A DNA stretch of 64,000 bases from positions 67,679 to 131,678 of the forward strand of contig CAVUPH010000008.1 in NCBI GenBank assembly GCA_963743305.1, written 5' to 3'. The position numbers and the translations under genes were made by a program. Source of the stretch: an uncultured delta proteobacterium. GTDB taxonomy: Bacteria; Desulfobacterota; RBG-13-43-22. This document shows, in pieces, positions 19,535-30,350 of this stretch (its first letter is position 1; each line of letters starts with the position of its first letter). Under the pieces are notes generated by a model. It saw only the letters and a list, made by a program, of their open reading frames with translations, did no database searches and was not told the DNA's origin.

Positions 19535-20371
19535 TTATTCCAAGGCTACCGGAATGTCTTCAAGGCCGATCTGGACTTTTTTAACGCCCGGGACCTGTTG
19601 CGCCACGACGGTCAGGTCGTTCTTGATCCGTTTTTTCCCACTGGGGAAAATCCCGCCGGTCTCAAAGCTCCCGCTGATCTTGATAATCCCCTTTTCAGCG
19701 AGTACCTCCAATTCCAACCCCTTGGTATAGTCATGGGCAGCCAGCGCGTGCTTCACCCGGCTGGCCAAGACAAAATCTTCAATGATCGCCGCTGAATCCG
19801 GCGACTCGACAAACTCTTTTTGGTTTAGGGCACACTCGAGAATTCCGCAGGCCCCCTCAATCGTTATGGCATCCAGATTAATGACCAGATCATAGAGCGT
19901 CGGGTCCCGCCAGTCTACTTCGTATAAAAAGCGGGTCCACTTGATCCGGCTCTCGTCCATTTTTTCGATGGTTTTCAGGGCTTCTTCAAAGGTGATTTTT
20001 TGCGTCTCGGCCAGTTTCTGGGCTCTGGGCTTCAGAGGGGCGATCACCCGGACTTTCAGGACTTGGGGCAGTTTTTTTAACAAAAGATGCCCCGCATGTC
20101 CATAGTAGATGAACGGACCCTTTTGAGCCCTTTCAGCCAGGGCCAATTGAATAGCGGTAAGATAACAGCGCCGCTCGGGGGAAGAGCCGTGGACCAATCC
20201 TTTGGTTCTTTCCAGTTGCTGCAGAAGATGAGATTGGGAGATCCCGGATCGTCTGGAAGCCTCCTCGAGGATTTCCTGGCTGACGGCCGGAAACCCCAGT
20301 TTTTCGGAAAGACATTTCGCCAGGGACTCCCCGCCGCTCATAGTGCCCCTGGAAATGGTGATGATGGCCAT
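19535..20371 (-). CDS. cytidylate kinase-like protein with C-terminal BON-like domain
   Basis: ITISRGTMSGG, GHAGHLLL, KVRVIAP, YDLVIN; BON-like C-terminus ending VPGVKKV. Confidence 0.85.
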   Translation of the reverse strand: MAIITISRGTMSGGESLAKCLSEKLGFPAVSQEILEEASRRSGISQSHLLQQLERTKGLVHGSSPERRCYLTAIQLALAERAQKGPFIYYGHAGHLLLKKLPQVLKVRVIAPLKPRAQKLAETQKITFEEALKTIEKMDESRIKWTRFLYEVDWRDPTLYDLVINLDAITIEGACGILECALNQKEFVESPDSAAIIEDFVLASRVKHALAAHDYTKGLELEVLAEKGIIKISGSFETGGIFPSGKKRIKNDLTVVAQQVPGVKKVQIGLEDIPVALE

Positions 20372-20448
20372 TTTTCCTCCTTTGGTACAAATATAATCCC
20401 GGAGACCTTCTTACCCCGAAGTCCGTTTATTGAACTGGGGACCTCGCC

Positions 20449-20817
20449 TCACCGGTTGAGAGCCTTGACCACCAAATCCCGCAACTGAGAAAGTTTAAAG
20501 GGTTTGGCGATAAAGTCATAGGCCCCTATTTTTAGGGCTTCTTTAGCCTTTTCGACCGTGGCGAAACCCGTAATGATAATCACCTGGGTTTCCGGGGAAA
20601 CCTGTTTAACCCGTTTCAAGATTTCAATGCCGTCCAATTCCTTCATTTTAAGATCGGTGATCAAAACCTGAAATTTCTTTTCGGAAAATCGCCGGAGGGC
20701 TTCCAGAGGGTCGGTAAAAGTTTCGAGATCGAGATTCACCTTCTCCAGGGTGGACCGCAGGCGTTCGCAGACGATCGGTTCGTCATCCAGGATCATAACG
20801 CTGGGAATGGGTTCCAT
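20449..20817 (-). CDS. stand-alone response regulator
   Basis: LDDEPIV, TDLKM, ITGFAT, AKPF. Confidence 0.92.
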   Translation of the reverse strand: MEPIPSVMILDDEPIVCERLRSTLEKVNLDLETFTDPLEALRRFSEKKFQVLITDLKMKELDGIEILKRVKQVSPETQVIIITGFATVEKAKEALKIGAYDFIAKPFKLSQLRDLVVKALNR

Positions 20818-20845
20818 GGGACCTCCGCTCCGGAGCCGGCAGGAA

Positions 20846-21217
20846 TTACTTGAATTTTTTAGCCGCCTTCTCCACCAGTTTAACGATCTGCTCCAGCTTA
20901 AAAGGTTTGGTGACAAATTGGGCGTTCAGATATTCGGCTTCCCGGGCGCTTTCAATCGTCGCGTATCCGGTAATGACAATGGCTTCGGTATCCCGTTTCC
21001 GGTCTTTGAGAAACCGCAGGACATCAATGCCGGTAGGCCCGCTCATTTTCAGATCGGTTACCAGGACCTGAAAATGCTTCTCCTCCAGCCGGTTGATCGC
21101 CTGCCGACTGTCGGTAAAAACTTCCACCTGAAAGCCCTCCTTTTCCAAGACCGGCCGGAGCCGCTCCCCGACGATCGGTTCATCGTCCAGGACCATGACA
21201 GCAATATCACTTTTCAT
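20846..21217 (-). CDS. stand-alone response regulator
   Basis: LDDEPIV, TDLKM, ITGYAT, TKPF. Confidence 0.92.
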   Translation of the reverse strand: MKSDIAVMVLDDEPIVGERLRPVLEKEGFQVEVFTDSRQAINRLEEKHFQVLVTDLKMSGPTGIDVLRFLKDRKRDTEAIVITGYATIESAREAEYLNAQFVTKPFKLEQIVKLVEKAAKKFK

Positions 21218-21267
21218 TGGAACCTCCTTCCCCTTTAAGGACCTTTCCCCAATCGAAAAAACCATCT

Positions 21268-23837
21268 TCAATCGGTCTGGAGATGGGCTTTCGCCTCCCC
21301 CTCAAAGAACTGGTTGGTAAAAAAATCGATATCTTGATCCGTCCGCAATAAGATGTCCAGTTGCCGGGTGTAGCCGATTAATCGTCCCAGCATACGAAAT
21401 TTGTTTTCCATATTCGGGCGGTCCATCTTTTTAATACGGCCGATGATCAAGTCCGCTTTGCTTTCCACGGCAAAATCATTTTTTTCCAAAATCTGAGCCA
21501 ACACCCTGACCCGTCGGCTCCGGCGGGTGAATTCGGTGACGCCGCCGAAGAATCGAAAATAGAGGTAGTTGCTGTTGCGGTCGTCGGAAAGGTAGCCGTC
21601 CACCATATTAAAATGGTACCCCAGACCTAAATTTAGATTGATATATTCTTTGGAGACAATGGCTAGATTCACATTCGAGCTATCGGCGGCCAGCGCCTGG
21701 GTGGAAAGGTTGCTGGTAAAGCTGGAAATGAAGCCCTTCAGGTCCAAATCCACCGGTTGGGACTGCCAGACCCCCGGCGCGATCAAAGCCCGGAGCAGGA
21801 TGGACAAAGGTTCGCAGGCGATCTCTTCCAGGGAGATTTCGTTGGAAGAAAGGCCCGTTCGGATCCCCCCCCCGATGTCCAGGATGGTCAGGTCCAAGGG
21901 GACGGACAACTTCACTTTAGTCAACGAATGCGTAAAACCCAACTGGCTGGGGTGTATGCCCTGGGCGATCCTCCGGACCGCCATTTCATGGGAAAACCGG
22001 ATGATGTCGTGAAACGTTTTACAGTGGGCCGAATCAAAATCAGTGGATTGGGGATCGGTCACGTTCAGGATGGAAACCTTTTTTAATAAGCGCCGCAGCA
22101 ATTTGAATTCATAGGTTTCTTCATAGGGGAGGCGATCGATCAACTGGGCGGTCAGGAGTTCTTTGACGATCCCCTGATAGATCACATTCTCTTCGGCATC
22201 CACCGTCACTTCCATTCCGGATTTCAGGACCTCCGTAGCCAAGGCGGTATCCACGATGGTCGGCACCCGGAATTCCCGACAAATGGTGGCCATGTGACCG
22301 GTGACGGCCCCGATATCGGTCACCACCGCACTGGCGGCGGGAACCAGTTTGGATAGGCGGGGCGAAGTATGTTTCAAGACCAGCACCGCGCCGCGGGGAA
22401 AATGTCGGCTGTCCTCTTCGGACTGCACTTGGAAAACGGTCCCGGCCCCGATACCCCGGCTGGCGATCACCCCCCGGTCTTTTAGCAATATCGGATATTG
22501 CTGGGCGGCGGTAATGAGCCGGTTTTTATCCAATTTCAATTTCCCGGTAAATTGGAGCGGCCGGGCCTGGAGGTAGGTGACTTGGCCCTGGGTATCGATG
22601 GCCCATTCGATGTCCTGGAAGGATTTCATGTATTGTTCAATCCGGACGGCCCCGGCCAGAACTTCGCGCATCCGGGATTCATCCAGACAGGGGACCTCCT
22701 GCTTTTCCGGAAGGACCGGAACCAGGGCGATCCCCCCGGCTTCAGTCCAGCCATATTGTTTACTTTTACGGCCGATGCGCTGCCACAGAACCGGATAAGG
22801 TGGATTTTTGGAAACTTTATATTGATCCACTTCTCCCTCCCCGTCCACCACCAATTTTCCCAATCCCCAGGCAGCCGCCAGGATCATTTCGTTTCCTTCA
22901 AAGCCATTGGGATCTGCGGTGTAGACCACCCCGCTGACCTGAGGAGAGAGCATGGACAGGCAACCGACGGCCATAGCCATTTCCTGCTGCCGGCTCCCCC
23001 GCTGCAGGCGATACTGGATCACCGGGGGAGCAAACAGACTGGCCACTACCTGTTTGTAGCCGGCCTCGATTTGCGCCGAGGGAACATTTAAAACCGTGGT
23101 ATACTGGCCGGCATAGCTGATTTGGCTGTCTTCCCCGACCGCGCTGCTGCGCACCGCCCAGTGCTTCACCGGGAGGGCTTCCCGGGAAGAAAGTTCTTTC
23201 CGGATGGCCTTCCTGATTTCCGAGGGGACCTTGGCCCGCAGGATCCGTTCCCGCAGTTCCCGGGCCTTTTCCTCCATGACCTCCGGTTGTAACTTTCCTT
23301 CTCCCAGGGGGGCCACCAGGGATTCCAACTGGTTGGCTTCGATAAATTGCTTGAACGCATAGGTGGAAATCACAAAACCTTCCGGAACCCGCAAACCCAA
23401 ACGGTTCCGGAGTTCCCCAGGGAAGCCATTTTTTCCCCGGCAAAATCGGACATTTCTTTGGTCAGTTCCCGCAGCGGATAAACGTAGTCTCCTTTGGGAA
23501 TGGTGAAGCGGGAGTCCAGCTCGCCTTGAATTTCTATTTTAGCCTTTTCGAAAACGGTGAACAGCTCCAGGTACTTTTGGGGAGTGATTAAATTGAGATT
23601 GTAGACGACTTTATAGACTGCCTCCTCCAACTCGGCGATCACGGTCTCAATATACTGCTTGTCGAACAGATAATCGCCGCCTAGTTTTTCCCCCATATCG
23701 GCCATCAGGTCCAATGCCCGGTTGTTGTAATCCAACAGTTCCCGGAAGCTTTGGAACAGAAACTGCAGGCTTAGTCCTTCCTGGTTTTTTTTTCGTCGGA
23801 AAAAGGATTTGACGGAATCCAGCATCATGTACGGCAC
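21268..23837 (-). CDS. PEP synthase/pyruvate,water dikinase-like protein with atypical C-terminus (frameshift near 23416)
   Basis: GEKMASLG, AVRSSAVGED, YAGQY, DIEWA, LQARP, His domain TGHMATICRE; one extra G in a G-run restores LGELRNRLGL. Confidence 0.85.
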
Positions 23838-23860
23838 TTTTCCGGAGGCTCTGCGGGTTA

Positions 23861-24655
23861 TTAATGGCCCCCTTTGGAAGTGAAAACGATCCCGATGAGC
23901 AGTCCGCTTACGGTGGCGATCAGCACGGCCAGGATACCGTACCCTAGCCCCTGGCGGGCGGCCATATTGGAAACCAGGGCCGGCAACCCCACCAGTCTGA
24001 CTTCCAGGGTGCTGGAATGAATCAGCCGGCCTTGCCCACCCTTAAAAGCAATCATCTCCAGGGAGTACGACCCGGGCTCGATTTTTGCCGGCAAGCTTAA
24101 CAGCGCATCGACCTGCTCCCAGTCCTCGGGCTCCAGGGACTTCATCTTAACCGCCCCTTCGAAAATCTGGTAGAGTTGGTCCTCCTCTTTTAATTTGACC
24201 AATTCATGCAGCAGCCGGTCTTCTTCCTCCGGATTGTTCCGGGGCAAGGTCCCGGCCAGCAATGAAGAAAAATCCAATTTCCAGGATCGGCGTTCGGCTT
24301 CCGTCCCCAGAGAAGACATCGGGGTCGAGGTCCAGAGTAGGTAGATTTTTGGTATGTCTTGAAAAGTAACCTGACCCACGTTCATCCACAGCCCCCCCAC
24401 ACGTCCCTTCTTCATCAGTTCCAGCGGATGACGGGGTCCCAGGATTCGCAAGGCCACTTGATCCCCCGCCGGGACCACCCCGCGCACCGTCACCTGACCT
24501 CCGGAAAAAAAGGTCCCGATCCGTATCGTTTTGGGTTGCACCACATCGATCCCCGGCGGGGAAGTCCGGCCAACAGCCTCGGAAATAAAGAAAGCCCCAT
24601 TAAGGACAAAAAGGACGATGGCCCCAATCAAGGTTGTTTGTTTGGACCGCTTCAT
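23861..24655 (-). CDS. TIGR02186-like membrane protein
   Basis: N-terminal hydrophobic segment, FFSG, KKGRVGGLWMN, C-terminal TM; follows tauE. Confidence 0.75.
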   Translation of the reverse strand: MKRSKQTTLIGAIVLFVLNGAFFISEAVGRTSPPGIDVVQPKTIRIGTFFSGGQVTVRGVVPAGDQVALRILGPRHPLELMKKGRVGGLWMNVGQVTFQDIPKIYLLWTSTPMSSLGTEAERRSWKLDFSSLLAGTLPRNNPEEEDRLLHELVKLKEEDQLYQIFEGAVKMKSLEPEDWEQVDALLSLPAKIEPGSYSLEMIAFKGGQGRLIHSSTLEVRLVGLPALVSNMAARQGLGYGILAVLIATVSGLLIGIVFTSKGGH

Positions 24656-25593
24656 TAGGAGTGGCCTCCTTTATAGGATAAGAGCAAATGGGGGCTAAGG
24701 ATCAGGCCTAAGAGCATCTGAACCATGACCACGATGATGATCACTGCCAGGAGAATTTTGATCTGGTCGCCCTTTAATCGTTTGCTGATCCGGGCCCCGA
24801 TCTGGGCCCCGCAGGACGAGCCGATCAGCAGGATGAGGGCCAGGATGAAATCCACGGTATGATTAACATGGGCCTGCATGATGGTCACATTGACGCAAGT
24901 AAAAAATATCTGAAAGAGACTGGTTCCCACAACGACGTGCATGGGCATCCGGAGCAGATACACCATGATCGGCACCATGACAAACCCTCCTCCCACGCCC
25001 ATGATGGCCGCCAGGATCCCCACCAGACTTCCCAACAAGAGGGGAACGATCATGGAGATTTGGATCCCGGATTTGGTGAAATGCATCTTGAAAGGCAAGG
25101 CGGTAATCAACCGGGCGTATAAAGAAGGTTTGCGGCGGGATACCTCCGACGGTTTTTCAGCGGCCGGCGTCTTCTTGAGACTTTGCAGGCTTTCGACGAA
25201 CATATACCCGCCGATGATCCCCAACATGGCCACGTAGGTGATCTTGATGACGAAATCGGCATTCCCCATGGCCCGCAGCATGCGGACCAGGTAGACCCCG
25301 AGACTTCCGCCCAACACCCCCCCGACCAAAAGAACCACGCCCATTTTGAAGTCCACATTTCCCAAACGGTAGTGGGCATAGGTCCCGGAAGCCGAAGCCG
25401 CCACGATCTGGTTGGAGTCACTGGCGGCGGCCACGGTGGGGGGGATGCCGAACATAATCAGCAGCGGGGTGAGCAGAAAGCCTCCTCCCACTCCGAAAAG
25501 GCCGGAAAGAAAGCCGACCAGGCCTCCCAGACCCAAGAGGAGAAAGATATTGACGCTGCTGGCGGCTATCGGCAAATAGATAAAAAAAGACAT
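24655..25593 (-). CDS. TauE/SafE-family transporter
   Basis: GLFGVGGGFLLTP, AIMGVGGGF, VVGTSLFQ; multiple TM helices. Confidence 0.92.
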   Translation of the reverse strand: MSFFIYLPIAASSVNIFLLLGLGGLVGFLSGLFGVGGGFLLTPLLIMFGIPPTVAAASDSNQIVAASASGTYAHYRLGNVDFKMGVVLLVGGVLGGSLGVYLVRMLRAMGNADFVIKITYVAMLGIIGGYMFVESLQSLKKTPAAEKPSEVSRRKPSLYARLITALPFKMHFTKSGIQISMIVPLLLGSLVGILAAIMGVGGGFVMVPIMVYLLRMPMHVVVGTSLFQIFFTCVNVTIMQAHVNHTVDFILALILLIGSSCGAQIGARISKRLKGDQIKILLAVIIIVVMVQMLLGLILSPHLLLSYKGGHS

Positions 25594-25596
25594 GAC

Positions 25597-27153
25597 TTAG
25601 CGCTCCTCGGATTTGGGAATAAGCACGGTGAAGGCGGACCCCTGGTTAATTTGGCTGTCTATCTGGATCTTACCCCCATGTTTTTTGACGATGCTGTAGG
25701 TGGTCGAAAGTCCCAAGCCGGTCCCTTTTTCTTTGGTGGTAAAAAAAGGGTCGAATATTTGATTGATAATGGACTGGGGGATACCGACGCCGGTATCCTT
25801 TACGGTGATCGCGACCAGGTCGGGGTCATCGTTTTTTACCCCGATGCTCAGGCGGCCCCCCTGGGGCATGGCCTGGATGGCATTGATCACCAGGTTGAGG
25901 AAAACTTGCTGCAATTGACTGAAATCGCCCATCAACCGGGCATCGGCCGACTCAGGGTTGTAATCCAGATGGACGCCGTTTAACTCCATTTCGTTCCGGG
26001 CCAGGTTGAGGGTGGAATTCAGGAGTTCCCGAACCGAAACCGGGACGAAGGTCGGTTGCCCCATCCGGGTGAAGTCCAGGAGGTTGCGAACCGTCCCGCT
26101 GGCCCGCTCGGCCTGGGTATAGATATCCTGAAGACGTTTTCTTTTTTCCGCCTCGGAAATGGTATCCAGATCATCCATCAGGGATTCGGTGGTAATACAG
26201 ATGTTATTGAGAGGATTATTCAATTCATGGGCGATACCGGAGGTCAGGGTACCGATGGAAGCCATCTTACGGGATTGAATATATTGCTCCTGGTTTTTTT
26301 TTAATTGATCCATCATCCAGTTGATGGCCATGGCCAGCCGGGAAAATTCGTCTTTGTATTTTTTGGCCGGCTTGATGGGAGTAAAATCACCCCGGGCGAT
26401 GCGTAGGGTATATTCGACAAAACGGTTTAGGGGACGGACGATCTGCTGGGCTAAAAAATGGGTCAGGTAGGCCATAACGATCAGCAGAATGGCTAGAAAA
26501 AAGAGCGGGACCTGGCGGAATAATTGCGTTATGGCCTCCACGTCTTTGCGTTCTTTTTCGACTAAATTGGCGGCCAGAAAAATCATTTCCGCCCCATGCT
26601 GCCGGAGTTCTCCCTCGATACTGGCCGAGGGTGCCGGGGGTTCGGTCGACGGGGTCTGGCCGACCCTCAGGCTGGTCAGCAGGCTTTCATAGCGGTTCAA
26701 ATGGGCCGTCATCATATCTAATTTTTCAGGACCGATCACTTTGGTAATATTCTCTTTTTCCTTCTTGAGGATCTCACGGGCATTCTGAATGTTTTCCAGG
26801 GCGTCCGGGAGATTGGTCCGGTAAAGAAAAAAGTTCTTTTCAAACCGGCGGGCTTGTTGGACCTCGAAGGTATAGGAATTAACGGTTTCCATGACCTTCA
26901 ATTTCTGATTGATACGGGAACCCATGATCAGAAAGGTGATGCTGGCCCCGGCACTCAAGATAAACAGCAGGATAAATCCCAGAATGATCTTGGCCCGGAT
27001 ACTCATGGTGGGCCGGGCCGTAAGGCCCTTCTGCGCTTCGGCGAAACCGCGTTCCTCCGGCATGGGGGAATCGGACGTCCCTTCAAGAAGAGCCCCCTTT
27101 TTTTCCAGGAGATCGTCTGAAGGATCATTGGCTTTAGTGGCCCGTTGAAGCAT
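25597..27153 (-). CDS. HAMP sensor histidine kinase
   Basis: 2 TM helices, EVQQARRFEKNFFLY, AHELNNPL, NLVINA, GTGLGL. Confidence 0.92.
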   Translation of the reverse strand: MLQRATKANDPSDDLLEKKGALLEGTSDSPMPEERGFAEAQKGLTARPTMSIRAKIILGFILLFILSAGASITFLIMGSRINQKLKVMETVNSYTFEVQQARRFEKNFFLYRTNLPDALENIQNAREILKKEKENITKVIGPEKLDMMTAHLNRYESLLTSLRVGQTPSTEPPAPSASIEGELRQHGAEMIFLAANLVEKERKDVEAITQLFRQVPLFFLAILLIVMAYLTHFLAQQIVRPLNRFVEYTLRIARGDFTPIKPAKKYKDEFSRLAMAINWMMDQLKKNQEQYIQSRKMASIGTLTSGIAHELNNPLNNICITTESLMDDLDTISEAEKRKRLQDIYTQAERASGTVRNLLDFTRMGQPTFVPVSVRELLNSTLNLARNEMELNGVHLDYNPESADARLMGDFSQLQQVFLNLVINAIQAMPQGGRLSIGVKNDDPDLVAITVKDTGVGIPQSIINQIFDPFFTTKEKGTGLGLSTTYSIVKKHGGKIQIDSQINQGSAFTVLIPKSEER

Positions 27154-27192
27154 CGTTCTGTTTCCGCTTAAACAATGTCACGGCCCCTTTTT

Positions 27193-27600
27193 TTATTTAG
27201 CGGGGACGACGGGGGTCAGCCCCTTAAATCCCAAGGCGTTGGCTGCCTTGACGATGACTTCGCGCAGGTCGTTGGGTTTAAAGGGTTTGGCGATAAAATC
27301 AAAAGCCCCTTTACCCATGGCCTCCCGGGCCACTTCCACGGTGGCATAGCCGGTAATCATAATGACCTTGGTGTGGTCGGATTTGGCCTTGACCTTTTCC
27401 AGGATTTCGATGCCGTCGATATCCTCCATCCGAATATCGGTTACCACAATATCAAAGGTTTTCTCCTCGATACGTTTCAGGGCCTGATGCGGGTCTTCAA
27501 AGACCTCCACCTCCCCGCCCATTTTAGCCAGGGCCGGTCCCAACCGTTTCCCGACGATCGGTTCATCGTCCAAGATGAGAATTTGAATTTTTTCTTCCAT
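27193..27600 (-). CDS. stand-alone response regulator
   Basis: LDDEPIV, TDIRM, ITGYAT, AKPF. Confidence 0.92.
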   Translation of the reverse strand: MEEKIQILILDDEPIVGKRLGPALAKMGGEVEVFEDPHQALKRIEEKTFDIVVTDIRMEDIDGIEILEKVKAKSDHTKVIMITGYATVEVAREAMGKGAFDFIAKPFKPNDLREVIVKAANALGFKGLTPVVPAK

Positions 27601-27677
27601 GGTTTTCCCTCCTTAGGGGACGATCGAGAGGTTCTCTTCTGCTCCGCAAGCCAACCCGGTGATCGCTGTTCCTTTTT

Positions 27678-28766
27678 TCAGGACCGGGGCCGGCTGAAGG
27701 CCAAGGTCATATGAATTTTTTTCCGGGCGCTATAGGCCCGGATAACACTGGCCAGGATAACGATAACCCCTGCGAGGCCGCTGGCAAAAAGCAGATATTT
27801 ACTGGCATTGTTGAACCAGGGGTCCAGACCGGGGTCCAAGGCTACCAATCCCAATTGCCGGAGATACATGGGGATGGAGATGGCCCGGCTGAGAACGCAC
27901 AGGATGATAATTAGGCAGGTCACCATTCGGATATATTTTTCATTGACCACCTTGACACCGTAGGCCCCGACATAGACCCCGATCAAAGAGCCGGACATGA
28001 GGAGCATGGTCAGACGGATATCGACAAAGCCCTCCCAGGCATAATTCAAGGCCCCAAAGGCACCCATCCACATGGCCAGATAGAGCTCCGTCCCCGCCGC
28101 CACGGCCGTGGGCACCCCGAAGATGTAAATCATGGCCGGGACGCCGACAAAGCCCCCCACCCCGATGGTGCCGGCCAGATAGCCGGTGGCCAGTCCGACG
28201 GGGAACAACACCCACAAGGAAACTCGGACGTCGGCCGTCTTAAAGGAAATAAAGGGGGGGATATGGAGGTTGGCCAAGTATTCGACGATTTTTCTTGAGG
28301 GACCGGCCCCTTCCTCCCCTTTGGTCATCAGGTCCTTCAGCATGGAAAGGGCCACAATGGACAAAATACTTACAAAGACGATACTAATATAAAGATTGGC
28401 CCCGGCCCCTTTGGCCGCTCCGTGTCCATCCCCTCCCCCATGGAACAGCAGGCTGTTGATCCAGACCGCCAAACGGATACCCAAGGTGGCGGTGATCAAC
28501 AGATAGAGACCCAACCGTTTATCGACATTGCCCATTTCGCCGTGCTTCTTGGAACCCATCATGGCCTTGCCGAATTTATGGGTAATATTGCTGGCCACGG
28601 CCACCACCCCATTGACGCCCACATTCATCATGCCCGGCGTCATAAAAAAAGCCCCGCCGCTGCCGATGAAACCGCTCAACACCCCCCCGATGAAACCCAG
28701 GACCACCACTTGGACAATGGTGGAAAAATCCAGGGTAATGAATAAATTAGACAGATCTCCGGTCAT
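27678..28766 (-). CDS. TauE/SafE-family transporter (second, divergent type)
   Basis: SGFIGSGGAF, HKFGKA, GTIGVGGF, AAGTEL; multiple TM helices. Confidence 0.88.
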   Translation of the reverse strand: MTGDLSNLFITLDFSTIVQVVVLGFIGGVLSGFIGSGGAFFMTPGMMNVGVNGVVAVASNITHKFGKAMMGSKKHGEMGNVDKRLGLYLLITATLGIRLAVWINSLLFHGGGDGHGAAKGAGANLYISIVFVSILSIVALSMLKDLMTKGEEGAGPSRKIVEYLANLHIPPFISFKTADVRVSLWVLFPVGLATGYLAGTIGVGGFVGVPAMIYIFGVPTAVAAGTELYLAMWMGAFGALNYAWEGFVDIRLTMLLMSGSLIGVYVGAYGVKVVNEKYIRMVTCLIIILCVLSRAISIPMYLRQLGLVALDPGLDPWFNNASKYLLFASGLAGVIVILASVIRAYSARKKIHMTLAFSRPRS

Positions 28767-28839
28767 AATGTCGCTCCTTTAGGCAGGGAAAAATGATTTT
28801 CTTGTCTTTTCTTTCGCGGATCGAATAGCAACGCCTTTC

Positions 28840-30348
28840 CTAATCGAATTTGATCATCTTCAGAAATAAATGGGCGATGGTCCCGTAAAAATAAGCGAAG
28901 ATCGGTGCAAAGAGGCCTACGGCCACCACCGCTATGAATTTGGCCCCCTTGTAGGCCTGCAAGAAATCGAGAATCGCCTCCTGGTGACTGAAAACCCCCC
29001 AGAAGGCAGCGGCAACCAGGGCCATAAAACCAAAAAACTGGATTAGTTGCTTCCCGCCGACAAAATATTTTTCCTGTAATTCGTCGGAGGAAATGACGGG
29101 GACCCGGATCCGTTCGCTCAGATAAACCTTTAAATCCCGAAGCATGCGAATCTGGGCCGCTTTGGGTTTAGTCAGAAAGAGACCGCCGATCACCACCAGG
29201 CTGTAATTGATATTCCTGGCGACAGCGGAGGACAAGGTCTGGAAACTCCCCTGCAGGAGACGGCCGCCGCCGGAACGTCCCTGCCGGACCAGTTCCTCCA
29301 GGGTTTGTCCCAGGCCCCCATCCTCGACCGGGGTTTTTTCCGGCTCATCATCTTCAATCCCGCCCGTATATTGTTTTTGGTCGATTACCGTCTTGGGACC
29401 GGCGTCCTCTTCTTCCGCCGCTTCCATCCCCATCTCCTCCGAGGGGAGAAAACGGAGCAACTCTATGGCCGCTCCCCAGCGCTGGGCAATCTGGTTGATT
29501 TGAATAAACGCCTCCGAGCCGGAATCGTACTTTTCTTGAATCCAGAGGATGTTGGTTTCGGCCATGGTGGCCATTATTTCCCGGGCTCCTTCGAGATCGG
29601 CCAGCACCTCCGGAATAAACCGACCTACCTGGGATTGCCGGGGCATATAGGTTACCGTGACCACCCCGTCATTGGCTGAAACGGTAAAATCGGATTCGGC
29701 GGTCCGCTCGTCCAGGGCCAGTTTCAGCCTGGCCCGGGCGGCCAGACAATAATCACCCATGGCCTTCAGGGAGGCCGGGGTCGGGCGGAAATCAGGCAGT
29801 TCAGCCATGGAACAAAGAGCGGCGCTGGCGTTGGCCAGACTCATGTTCTCCAAATTCAAAATAAGGTCATATTGCTTAGGGTCATGGATGTCCTGGCCGT
29901 GAATCAGATGGACCCATTTCTCAATATCCTCGTTAACCTGTTCGATGTATTTTTCCGCCTTGGGGTGGTCCAGACGCAGTTGCTGCATCTTGGCGTGGAT
30001 CTCCTGTTCCTGGTTGGGAACCAGATGGATCCGAAAGATATGAGAGACATTGGGCAGCAGGAGATGCCCTCCCCGGCCATGATAAACCAGGTTTCCTTCC
30101 CCGGCCTGCTCACAAAGCCCGGAGGATATGAAGGCCAGATAGCGTTCCTTCAATCGGGCCTGCCGCTCGGTCTGAGCCGGTCTTTTGATAATGGACATTT
30201 CCAGTTTACCCACCGGTATGCCCGCCCCCGTGGCTTCTTCGACCAATTTTTCACGACTCACGCAGGCGTAACCCAGTTTGCGGGCCAGACTTTCGGAAAC
30301 TTCCCGGCGGAGGGCTGCCGAGGTGCTCGAAATAATGATCAGGGCCAT
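28840..30348 (-). CDS. cytidylate kinase-like protein with extra domains and 2 C-terminal TM helices
   Basis: YHGRGGHLLL, YDLILN, acidic linker, C-terminal hydrophobic helices; P-loop glycines absent. Confidence 0.75.
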   Translation of the reverse strand: MALIIISSTSAALRREVSESLARKLGYACVSREKLVEEATGAGIPVGKLEMSIIKRPAQTERQARLKERYLAFISSGLCEQAGEGNLVYHGRGGHLLLPNVSHIFRIHLVPNQEQEIHAKMQQLRLDHPKAEKYIEQVNEDIEKWVHLIHGQDIHDPKQYDLILNLENMSLANASAALCSMAELPDFRPTPASLKAMGDYCLAARARLKLALDERTAESDFTVSANDGVVTVTYMPRQSQVGRFIPEVLADLEGAREIMATMAETNILWIQEKYDSGSEAFIQINQIAQRWGAAIELLRFLPSEEMGMEAAEEEDAGPKTVIDQKQYTGGIEDDEPEKTPVEDGGLGQTLEELVRQGRSGGGRLLQGSFQTLSSAVARNINYSLVVIGGLFLTKPKAAQIRMLRDLKVYLSERIRVPVISSDELQEKYFVGGKQLIQFFGFMALVAAAFWGVFSHQEAILDFLQAYKGAKFIAVVAVGLFAPIFAYFYGTIAHLFLKMIKFD

Positions 30349-30350
30349 GA

